Shown: piece after piece, positions 1 through 7,162 of the stretch | Layout of the letters: each line of letters starts with the position of its first letter | Numbering within the stretch: position 1 is the stretch's first letter | DNA from: a virus | DNA: 64,000 nucleotides | IMG/VR virus record: IMGVR_UViG_3300018005_000012 | Coordinates: 1-64,000 of that record | Strand: one strand, 5' to 3' | Position numbers and translations under genes: made by a program | The notes under the pieces: generated by a model | What the model saw: only the letters and a program-made list of their open reading frames with translations | What the model was told of the DNA's origin: nothing | Database searches by the model: none

Positions 1-47
1 AGAAAAATGAGTAACGCAGGGACGAATGAGTGGGACTCTGCAACAGG

Positions 48-272
48 TTAAGATACTACAGGTCTAGGACTCAACATCTTCGCTATCATCCTTCCTATAG
101 TCTCTACGTTATCTGAGTAGGTCTCTTCAGGTGTTGCGAGAACACCAGCCCTGCCATCGTGCACGATATGAGCCAGCCCCTTGGTTAGGGTTATCATAGA
201 GCAGGTCTCATCATTCTCCCAGTGGCCCAAAATCACGGTATTTTCCTCTTCTTTTAGTCTTTTCCATCCCAT
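48..272 (-). CDS. Hypothetical protein
   Basis: 74-aa ORF downstream of a TTTAAGTA...AGGGT promoter-like element. Confidence 0.55.
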   Translation of the reverse strand: MGWKRLKEEENTVILGHWENDETCSMITLTKGLAHIVHDGRAGVLATPEETYSDNVETIGRMIAKMLSPRPVVS

Positions 273-318
273 TATGGTCGCATTACCCTCGTTATCAACC
301 TACTTAAACATTATCCTT

Positions 319-639
319 CTAGAGGTTGATTTGGGCTTCCAAAGCATCAATTTGGGGCTTGAAAGCGTCTAATCTGGCCTTTAGAGCCATATCGTTTCGG
401 TTCTTGGCTATTGAGAGGCCCATAGTAAGCATCGTCCTTACGAACACAATCTTGTCCTCCGCCTCTCTCATCTTCCCCTCGTCTATGCTACTCTTAATGG
501 TGGCAATCGTATCCTGAATCACGGCAAACGGGTCTATGGCTTGCGGTGGTTGCGTTGTAGGTTCGTCTCCTGAAGCCTCTGGGTTGACTCCTCCATCCTC
601 TAGGAGTTCGGCCTTATAACGGGGATTGTCACTGCTCAT
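319..639 (-). CDS. Hypothetical helical protein
   Basis: ORF 319..699; ATG at 639 preceded by GAGGTG is the more likely start. Confidence 0.6.
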   Translation of the reverse strand: MSSDNPRYKAELLEDGGVNPEASGDEPTTQPPQAIDPFAVIQDTIATIKSSIDEGKMREAEDKIVFVRTMLTMGLSIAKNRNDMALKARLDAFKPQIDALEAQINL

Positions 640-784
640 GGAGATAACCACCTCTTGATTCTCGCCAATGCTTCTCACACTTACGGTCTGTTTCTCCATT
701 GGCAGTGCAGACTATCGTAGCAGGCTTATTGCAACCTCTAACATCACAGAAGCCGAGAGGTGCATTGAGGCTTACTTCGCTCAA
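629..784 (-). CDS. Small Zn-finger protein (51 aa, not in ORF track)
   Basis: Hand translation MSEVSLNAPLGFCDVRGCNKPATIVCTANGETDRKCEKHW...; TTG start overlaps the upstream stop. Confidence 0.55.
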   Translation of the reverse strand: MSEVSLNAPLGFCDVRGCNKPATIVCTANGETDRKCEKHWRESRGGYLHEQ

Positions 785-942
785 GCGAGGAACACCAAGA
801 CAAGACCAAGGGCCATCCTCAGTCCTCTACCCACTTGCCAATACATATTGTCTTTCACTCCGCCACCCCAGATATACCAGTAGACTAGGTTGGCCGCACC
901 CTCTATTGCGAAGAAGGCTCCCACGAGTTGTATCCACAGCAT
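781..942 (-). CDS. Small membrane protein
   Basis: Two hydrophobic segments; ATG 942 lies 26 nt from the TATA box at 964-972. Confidence 0.6.
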   Translation of the reverse strand: MLWIQLVGAFFAIEGAANLVYWYIWGGGVKDNMYWQVGRGLRMALGLVLVFLA

Positions 943-963
943 ATCAACCCCTACAGCAGAAGA

Positions 964-972
964 CTTAATAAG
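964..972. promoter_or_regulatory. Bidirectional TATA box
   Basis: CTTAATAAG centred between divergent ATGs at 942 (-) and 994 (+), each preceded by TAGGGGT. Confidence 0.65.
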
Positions 973-993
973 TGTTTCCACCATAGGGGTGGT

Positions 994-1197
994 ATGGCAC
1001 TGGCAAACCAAAAGGAGTTGGCAAAGGCTGAAGGAAAGGTCACGACTGTCTATGAAGCAGGTATAACTGTGGTAAACTTCAACGCCAACATCACCGTCCA
1101 ACTTCCGCCAGAAGCCCGACAGAGGATTATAGATGCTCTCAACGAAGCGTTCCGCAGGGTTGTATCTGAACTAGGTCTCACACCAGTAACTCCATAA
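994..1197 (+). CDS. Small protein with LANxxEL N-terminal motif
   Basis: ATG 994 downstream of TATA gives MALANQKELAKAE... Confidence 0.7.
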   Translation: MALANQKELAKAEGKVTTVYEAGITVVNFNANITVQLPPEARQRIIDALNEAFRRVVSELGLTPVTP

Positions 1198-1235
1198 TAG
1201 ACTGGTTTAAGTAGAGGGCCAACCTATGATAGTCT

Positions 1236-1433
1236 GTGCATTGGTATTCCGTGACCCTGCTTCTTTTCGCTGTGGGTCTGCTTTGGAAGGCCCAAGTGCC
1301 AGTGCCTTGGCCCGATGCGTGGTGTCCCTTCCCCATTCCTTGGCTCATAGTATGGGCTGTGGGTTGGGGTCTCATTATACACTACGTTCAAGTTAATGAC
1401 AGAAAAAGGGAAAGGAGTCTTTCGGACTCCTAA
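1236..1433 (+). CDS. Small membrane protein
   Basis: Two Trp-rich hydrophobic segments, upstream TTTAAGTA. Confidence 0.5.
   Translation: MHWYSVTLLLFAVGLLWKAQVPVPWPDAWCPFPIPWLIVWAVGWGLIIHYVQVNDRKRERSLSDS
1402..1431 (-). terminator. Hairpin plus pyrimidine tract terminator
   Basis: AGGAGTC-CGAAA-GACTCCT followed by TTCCCTTTTTC on the minus strand, just after the 1440..2048 gene. Confidence 0.6.
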
Positions 1434-1439
1434 CTATTA

Positions 1440-2048
1440 CTACCCACTTATGTTGAAGGTGAAGATGGCCGCATCTGTTCCCGACCCAACGCTATCCACA
1501 TGGATTGTCCATGCTAGTTGAGTAGGCTGCCCACCACTAAGGGTTGAAGGTATTGTGATTGGATAGGACAGATTGACAGGGGGTTGAGCACCGCATCCAT
1601 TTGGATTTGGATTGCAAGGTTGGAAGTTTTGGAGTGTGAATTGACCATCACTTTGGACGGTTAGTGAACCTTGGAAGGTGATGCTATTCAGAGTTCCACT
1701 TAGAGTGCCCGAATTTCCGAATGCTATCATCAATTGGAATTGGTCTCCTACATAGACGGTTGTAAGGACTGGCCCATTATATTGCGAAGGCTGTGTTGCA
1801 CAGGTTACAGATGTTTGGTCGGGTGAAACGGTGCAAGGTTCACTGTAGCCTTCTCCTCCACTTCCCCAATTAAGTTGTGCATTCATGATGAATACATTGG
1901 CAGGAGTTGGTGGGTATGTTGTGATGGTGAGAGTCCCTGTAGTGGCTGTAAGTAATGAAGCCGCATAGACGGCTAACACTCCCATTACTAGGAGTGCCGC
2001 TAACGTGAGTAGTGCCGAATGTTTTCGCAGACTTGTCTGCATCGGCAA
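1440..2048 (-). CDS. Secreted or surface beta-rich protein with signal peptide
   Basis: Basic N-terminus plus hydrophobic helix, then Thr/Gly/Asn-rich beta-type sequence with paired Cys; likely start ATG 2042. Confidence 0.7.
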   Translation of the reverse strand: MPMQTSLRKHSALLTLAALLVMGVLAVYAASLLTATTGTLTITTYPPTPANVFIMNAQLNWGSGGEGYSEPCTVSPDQTSVTCATQPSQYNGPVLTTVYVGDQFQLMIAFGNSGTLSGTLNSITFQGSLTVQSDGQFTLQNFQPCNPNPNGCGAQPPVNLSYPITIPSTLSGGQPTQLAWTIHVDSVGSGTDAAIFTFNISG

Positions 2049-2078
2049 TCCCTATGGCGACAGGGTATAAAAAGATTC

Positions 2079-2309
2079 TTACCAACCAAACCTTTTCTTA
2101 TGTCGTCTATGTATGTCTTCTTTACACTTTTCCCCATGACATCTTTCACAAAGAAGTTGCATATTTTTCAAAGAAGTCTCTGAACCGCCCTCGCATACAG
2201 GTTTAATGTGGTCAAAATCAAATGGGCCTTTTTTGGTGTGACATCTAGCACACTCATTACCCAACTGTAAAGCGGCTAGTCTTCGTATGGTAACGTAAGT
2301 ATTAGCCAT
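2079..2309 (-). CDS. HNH endonuclease
   Basis: CARC...FDHIKPVCEGG...NMQLLCERCH motif. Confidence 0.85.
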   Translation of the reverse strand: MANTYVTIRRLAALQLGNECARCHTKKGPFDFDHIKPVCEGGSETSLKNMQLLCERCHGEKCKEDIHRRHKKRFGW

Positions 2310-2346
2310 GTCCAGACCTCACATTTCAGCCTATAAAAAGATTCGG

Positions 2347-2410
2347 GCCAGAGAGGGCCGGAAAGCCCTTTGTCATTCGGTCATTAGTTGGCATCGAACC
2401 AACGACTGGC
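2347..2410 (-). ncRNA. Candidate small structured RNA C (about 65 nt)
   Basis: TTTAAATA at 2433-2440; closing stem GCCAG/CTGGC, T-arm-like hairpin GTTGG-TTCGATG-CCAAC, hairpin AGGGC-TTTCCG-GCCCT. Confidence 0.45.
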
Positions 2411-2446
2411 AAGTATGTAATGAAGACTGAAGTATTTAAACCTTGT

Positions 2447-2570
2447 CGGCAAACGCAAGTTTCTCATGTGGCCCTACGAGGGTTCAAGTCGGCCACATGA
2501 CTACGGCCTGCATTAGCCAACTGGACACCCCTCAAACATTGGCATTTGCAAGCACCTTGCGTTTGGCCCA
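2447..2570 (-). ncRNA. Candidate three-way-junction RNA B (about 120 nt)
   Basis: Promoter CTTAATAACCCT at 2588-2599; 10-bp closing stem CAAACGCAAG/CTTGCGTTTG, 13-bp interrupted hairpin, 10-bp hairpin TCATGTGGCC/GGCCACATGA. Confidence 0.65.
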
Positions 2571-2602
2571 TCTACCCTATGGTTGGTAGGGTTATTAAGG
2601 AT

Positions 2603-2800
2603 TGTGGGTGGGGCTTGCACCCACATCTCGGTGCTCTTGCGTTGTCCTTGGTTCACCTGCCCCATTCGGCTCCCCAAGTAAGACAGAGGCTCGACCTTCC
2701 ACCTTCCGATGGAAAGCACCCGAACTAGGGGCCTATCCCAAGCCCTTTGGGGCCAGTAACAAGCCTTGTGGGGTTCGCTAACTACCCCCTGTCGCTCACC
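2603..2800 (-). ncRNA. Candidate structured RNA A (about 195 nt)
   Basis: Promoter CTTAATAACCCT at 2815-2826; no usable ORF; hairpins with GGAA and GGAG tetraloops, long-range stem GGGTGCTT/GAGCACC, 3' T-arm-like hairpin. Confidence 0.55.
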
Positions 2801-2828
2801 AACCCTTAGTGGGCAGGGTTATTAAGTG

Positions 2829-3089
2829 TTACCAACAACTGAAGTCGGTGATGTTGAACTCCTTCTTACAGACGTTACAGATACAGACGTAGACGGTTCC
2901 TATTGAACTGGGGGTGATTCTGTAGGTGCTATCACTTGCATCCACCCCACCCGGAACTCGGCCCATAACATTCAGTTGTTTCTTTGCCATGTAATCGCTC
3001 CAGTGATTTTGAACGTGCTCTAGAAACCTGTCCAACTCCTCTTTCTCTTTAGCGTTCAACTCCTGCCTCAGATACTCTTCTACGTTCAT
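2829..3089 (-). CDS. Hypothetical Zn-ribbon protein
   Basis: Ends with YRITPSSIG...CNVC...NITDFSCW; coupled to the upstream gene. Confidence 0.7.
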   Translation of the reverse strand: MNVEEYLRQELNAKEKEELDRFLEHVQNHWSDYMAKKQLNVMGRVPGGVDASDSTYRITPSSIGTVYVCICNVCKKEFNITDFSCW

Positions 3090-3412
3090 TGTCTTGCCTT
3101 CCTTATGAGAGCCTTGCTCCGAGCCTCGCCACAGGGTTCCATTTTACTCTTGGTGTTTTTGAGCCGCCAGTGAAGCCTCTTGTTGAACATCTCTAACATC
3201 ACTATCAACTCGTTCACGGCTTGAATGTCACGTTGGATGTCGTCCTTAGTGAAGTTGACGATGTAGGGGCTGTCGTCTAAAATCTTGTAGTGCTCGGTAG
3301 CACCGTTGCTAACAGTGACCCCAAAGTAGATGTCATCGAAGAAGAACTCGAAACAAGTGTCTCGTATCCAGACCTGCTTGACTGTGTGAATCATTTCTTT
3401 CCACTCTTCCAT
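3086..3412 (-). CDS. Hypothetical protein
   Basis: ORF; likely start ATG 3394, overlapping the stop of the 40-aa gene. Confidence 0.65.
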   Translation of the reverse strand: MEEWKEMIHTVKQVWIRDTCFEFFFDDIYFGVTVSNGATEHYKILDDSPYIVNFTKDDIQRDIQAVNELIVMLEMFNKRLHWRLKNTKSKMEPCGEARSKALIRKARQ

Positions 3413-3513
3413 TTGCGATACTCGTTGAGGCTCATCTTCAGCCGATTGGCCTCGGCCTGCTCTTCTCTGTCTTGTCTGGCGAACTCAGCGAAGTCCTCAT
3501 CTTGGTTACACAT
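3391..3513 (-). CDS. 40-aa charged protein (not in ORF track)
   Basis: MCNQDEDFAEFARQDREEQAEANRLKMSLNEYRKWKSGKK; TATA (CTTATAAA) about 25 nt upstream. Confidence 0.55.
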   Translation of the reverse strand: MCNQDEDFAEFARQDREEQAEANRLKMSLNEYRKWKSGKK

Positions 3514-3548
3514 ACACAGGGGTAGGAAGGTAGGGTTTATAAGGATTC

Positions 3549-3655
3549 TGACCCACCGTGGCTCGGAGCCTCTGAAGGGTGCACCCTTCGCTCATCCGGC
3601 CCCGGTCTCGTTTGAACAAGACTTTATGGTGGGCCTACCAGAGCCAGTGGGTTGA
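3549..3655 (-). ncRNA. Candidate four-way-junction RNA D (about 105 nt)
   Basis: TTTATATA at 3676-3683; closing stem ACCCAC+TGGCTC / GAGCCA+GTGGGT enclosing three hairpins, including the palindrome GAAGGGTGCACCCTTC. Confidence 0.6.
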
Positions 3656-3933
3656 CAGAGGGTAGGCTACCAGACTATATAAAGGTTTTCAACCGGATTC
3701 CTATTGTGTGGGCAAGCGTTTGGGTAGGCCCCAACAAATGAACAGTCCTTTATATATGTCTGGTAATCAGGGTGAACACCTACTTATAAGTAGTCTGCTA
3801 ATAGGGAGGTAGGTAGGTAGGCATACTGGATAAAGGTATGTATAGAAGCCCATGCGAACTGTGCTTTGCTATCTAAGGGGCCTCCCCACCCCTATATAAG
3901 GGTTCCTAGATTAACAATCCTTACTGTGGCTAC

Positions 3934-4033
3934 TGCAAAAGTTCCAATGGAAACACTGCATACTTGCACTGCGGCCATGTAAGACTTGTAAGTCGCCTTG
4001 CAATAGTTCCACTGGAAACACTGCATATTTGCA
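3934..4033. repeat. Two 35-bp direct repeats containing ORB-like cores
   Basis: TGCAAAAGTTCCAATGGAAACACTGCATACTTGCA and TGCAATAGTTCCACTGGAAACACTGCATATTTGCA, 65-nt period; partial copies at 4273-4290, 4365-4378 and 4676-4693. Confidence 0.85.
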
Positions 4034-4610
4034 AAGCCGCACCACAGTTCTTGCAACTTGCCCTACTATATAAAGGTTGTCATCCCTCGTCTGCCCCCTC
4101 TCTTATATAAAGTATCCTACCGAAATCCATAAGGGTGGCAGGCGTTTTCATGGCGACTGGCACGAACCTTTATATAGCCTACGATTGGGGGGCAAGCGGG
4201 GGCGGCAAGTGACAAAATGTTTATATAGCCTATAATTCGGGGGTAGGCGGGGGAACGAACAACTATATAAAGGTATCAATGGAAACACTGGTCTCACTTA
4301 TAAGGGTTAGGGGATATAGGGTATACCCTCGCAACTGGCGGTGGCTTTATATAGGCGACCTGCACTTCCGATGGAAACTTATGGAAACGCACAAACAATA
4401 GGGCGCAAGATAGGCATCACTTCATTGCTATTGCCCTCTATTGTAAGTGGGTTTGCAGATAGGATAGATGATAGATAGATACACCCTATTCAGATGATGT
4501 CACCCTACCCTAGTATGCAATACCCTACTCCACAACATAATGCAGACAGATGAAGGATGCAAGACTTATGAGATTCTTGGTGCGAGCCATGCAAGAATTA
4601 CATGGTTGGC

Positions 4611-4652
4611 TCAAGCCTAGTCAAGCCCTAGTCAGGCCCTAGTCAAGCCCTA
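4611..4652. repeat. Four tandem 10-11 bp iteron-like repeats
   Basis: TCAAGCCTAG TCAAGCCCTAG TCAGGCCCTAG TCAAGCCCTA. Confidence 0.9.
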
Positions 4653-4809
4653 CGACTGGTCGCATTTCCATACCACTTCCAACGGAAGCACTGGTTGTGA
4701 GCCGACCTTTATATAAGTCATGTTGCCGGAGGGATGGGTGCTTGAGGGAGGGGTATACGGTATATGGCAAGAAACTACATATCTAGTCCACGCCTATTAT
4801 ATTATTGAG

Positions 4810-4960
4810 GGACTGAGGACACCCAAATGGGTGGTGTGGGTTGACCCGTAATAACGGCAACGGCCCCACTTCAGAACCTTCCGAGTTTGGGAGACGCAGA
4901 CAGTGCGATAGGGTCGGGTCATTCCCGACTTAAACACTCGGTTAAAAAAATCTCCCATTT
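4810..4960 (+). ncRNA. Candidate structured leader or ncRNA ahead of the early operon
   Basis: Hairpins CACCCA-AA-TGGGTG, CCGT-AATA-ACGG, CGCA-GACAG-TGCG and GTCGGG-TCATT-CCCGAC; the last two lie inside the closing stem CCGAGT/ACTCGG. Confidence 0.4.
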
Positions 4961-4965
4961 TTGGC

Positions 4966-5394
4966 TTGAGGAATATGAACACAAATAACCCAAAGGGCGA
5001 GAGAGAACGACAGCCTTCCACCACGGCATTTTCTAGTAGTGGGAAGGGCAATGAAAGGTCGCACATACTCGTGGCCGTTCAAGAGTTGGGCATTCAGTTC
5101 GGTGGCCGACCTAACACCGTGAGGCGTGAGGTTCTCGTGGACATAGGCAATGCCAAGAACCAAGAGGACGCAGAGGTTAAGGCGAAGGCGAGAGCCGCTA
5201 AGAAGTGGCATACAAACGTGGTCTGTCTTCAAGTCTCAGCCGTCAGAATAGCCGAGCCAGTCAAACAAGTGTGGCGGGATTCAGCCGTGGACTCGCATTA
5301 TTCATACCCTGAGACGAAGACACCCAAGCCCGAACCCGTCCAGCAATTCGTTCAAGCAGGGCCTAACTTCTTCATAAAGGTGAGGACTGAGTAA
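4966..5394 (+). CDS. Hypothetical early protein
   Basis: First ORF of a tightly coupled rightward operon. Confidence 0.7.
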   Translation: MRNMNTNNPKGERERQPSTTAFSSSGKGNERSHILVAVQELGIQFGGRPNTVRREVLVDIGNAKNQEDAEVKAKARAAKKWHTNVVCLQVSAVRIAEPVKQVWRDSAVDSHYSYPETKTPKPEPVQQFVQAGPNFFIKVRTE

Positions 5395-5395
5395 A

Positions 5396-5827
5396 TTGGA
5401 AATTCGCATACCTGCCGCAGACTGGATAAAGTTCGGAGAGTTGGCAGAGGACTTACGGGAGTGGAATATCGAGACCCACGTTTCTAAGGGTCATACTATG
5501 CGAAACGGATTCCTGAGTATTCGGGTTAACCTGACTCCCCACTATACCCTAGAGCAATGCGACACTTATCGCAAGATGTCAAACGGGAGAAGGATTTTCG
5601 TACTGTGTTATCACGGACATAAGGCTTGGTTAGACATCCTCTTTCAGAGAATCCCACTGGCGAAGGTTCGTTCAGTGATGACAGAGCAATTTCCAGACCA
5701 CTGGATGACTAAGGCAAACTTTCACAGCATGGCATACCAAATACAATTCGTGAATGTTGGGTCGCAAATGGAACCGCAAGAGTTCGCAGAGCAATGCGAA
5801 TGCAACGAAGGAGAGAGTTCAAATTGA
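5396..5827 (+). CDS. Hypothetical protein
   Basis: Coupled ORF with Cys/His-containing C-terminus. Confidence 0.7.
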   Translation: MEIRIPAADWIKFGELAEDLREWNIETHVSKGHTMRNGFLSIRVNLTPHYTLEQCDTYRKMSNGRRIFVLCYHGHKAWLDILFQRIPLAKVRSVMTEQFPDHWMTKANFHSMAYQIQFVNVGSQMEPQEFAEQCECNEGESSN

Positions 5828-6375
5828 GTCTTCACTTCGATAGACACGGAATGTGGAAGGGCACTAGAAAGTTGGCATCAGTCGGGCCAATTATCCGAGA
5901 CCCAACTCAGCCGTGGCCAGCAATACCGTGGGAGCGAGAACCAACTCAGCCGCAACCCCAAGCAATCCGCATAACCGTGAGAGACACACCGAACTTTGGC
6001 CTAGAGGTCGGGGTCGGGATTAAGGGACTTAAGGGCAATTGGGGTATGACCTTCGCTAAGGGCTATTCAGTGGTGGACGTTAAGAGAATTGCTGAGAATC
6101 TAAAGTCCTTTTCCGAAGTGCGACCTAACGAGTTTCCCTATATGGAAAGCCTAATGGAAGCAATCAGTGAATGCTCAGTCCACGAATTGGTTCATCTATT
6201 TGGCAAAGTCGGGCATTCAAGATACGATAAGTGGAGCAACACAGATTTTAACAACTTAACCACTGCAATGGGTCTCCCCATAAAGCGAAGGATGTTAGAG
6301 GCTGTTAAGAACTATACACCACCCAAGCGGAAGGTTCACACCATCCGAGTCATTGACCTAGAGGGGAGCGAGTGA
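5794..6375 (+). CDS. Hypothetical protein with HExxH motif
   Basis: SVHELVHLFG zincin-like motif. Confidence 0.6.
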   Translation: MRMQRRREFKLSLHFDRHGMWKGTRKLASVGPIIRDPTQPWPAIPWEREPTQPQPQAIRITVRDTPNFGLEVGVGIKGLKGNWGMTFAKGYSVVDVKRIAENLKSFSEVRPNEFPYMESLMEAISECSVHELVHLFGKVGHSRYDKWSNTDFNNLTTAMGLPIKRRMLEAVKNYTPPKRKVHTIRVIDLEGSE

Positions 6376-6376
6376 T

Positions 6377-6574
6377 TTGACCCACTGGATTCACAGTCTC
6401 ATCAGAGAGACTTTAGGCCAGAGATTGCCCCAAGAAGTGTCTAACGAACTTGAAGACATTCTAAGACACGATATTTTTCATTCAACCCTAGACTGGCAGA
6501 CTAAGGAGCAATTACAGGAAGGGATACATATAGCCTATGCGACTTGGCTTCACTTTTGCGGGGGAGTTCTTTAG
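6377..6574 (+). CDS. Hypothetical protein
   Basis: Coupled ORF. Confidence 0.65.
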   Translation: MTHWIHSLIRETLGQRLPQEVSNELEDILRHDIFHSTLDWQTKEQLQEGIHIAYATWLHFCGGVL

Positions 6575-6762
6575 ACTTGGCCGATAAAATCTTAGAGTTC
6601 CACTTTAAGGTCGAGAGACTAGATAAAGCCGTGGCTTATCTTCCAGAGGGAAGAGTTCAGGTCTTTTCAGTCCTACAAACCTTAGACATCTTGACGGATA
6701 AGATACTCGTCTCACCCACCGAAGTTAGACAACTCTTAAAGAGGGTCGGGGTTTCGATTTGA
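6544..6762 (+). CDS. Hypothetical protein
   Basis: ORF in operon; true start probably slightly downstream. Confidence 0.55.
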   Translation: MASLLRGSSLDLADKILEFHFKVERLDKAVAYLPEGRVQVFSVLQTLDILTDKILVSPTEVRQLLKRVGVSI

Positions 6763-7162
6763 GCAAACGATTAGAGACAGTCAACGAGAAGGGCCAGTTA
6801 GATACACCCTATTGGCAGTGCGTCTTTTGTCGGGCCATCTACCCTATGAAAGCGTGGGCTGACAAGTGCGAGAGAGACGACACACTAGGAAGAGGTTTTT
6901 AACATAACACCCACAAAAATGAATCGTAGACATTATAAGCAAGTATGTCCTAACACGGACTCAATGAACACAAACACCTTAAGCCAAGCGGGAGACCGAA
7001 ATAGATGACGTTATCAGACGACCTTCCAGTTAACTATATCCTCACTGAGATAAACGAGACTAAGAAGAGCCTCACTTACAAACAGGTTAAGCCCGAAGAG
7101 ATTCAGGACTTCACAAACGCAAGAAAAGCCCTTCAATCGTATGAAGACTTGGCGATTTTAGT

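Larger units (their letters stand above)
3690..4790. other. Putative replication origin / control region
   Basis: About 1.1 kb with no ORF of 60 aa or more at the main coding-strand switch; contains ORB-like repeats, iterons and many TATA boxes. Confidence 0.65.

Noticed and set aside
2347-2410. Permuted or split tRNA
   Set aside because: T-arm-like hairpin only; no acceptor stem or D arm could be built
2447-2570. Hammerhead ribozyme or 5S rRNA
   Set aside because: GAAAC is present but the CUGANGA core and cleavage triplet are not; no 5S conserved loops
2513-2728. ORFs 2513..2719 (-) and 2546..2728 (+)
   Set aside because: They cross promoters and stems, lack properly placed starts and have no protein-like features
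2603-2800. SRP RNA or tRNA gene
   Set aside because: GGAA and GGAG tetraloops are present but the SRP helix-8 internal loop is missing and it is too short; no full cloverleaf
3290-3655. 121-aa plus-strand ORF
   Set aside because: Antisense to coupled minus-strand genes and RNA D
3934-4033. Mini-CRISPR array (two 28-35 bp repeats around a 30-37 nt spacer)
   Set aside because: Only two full copies; further partial copies are irregularly spaced and the core matches ORB elements better; no cas genes
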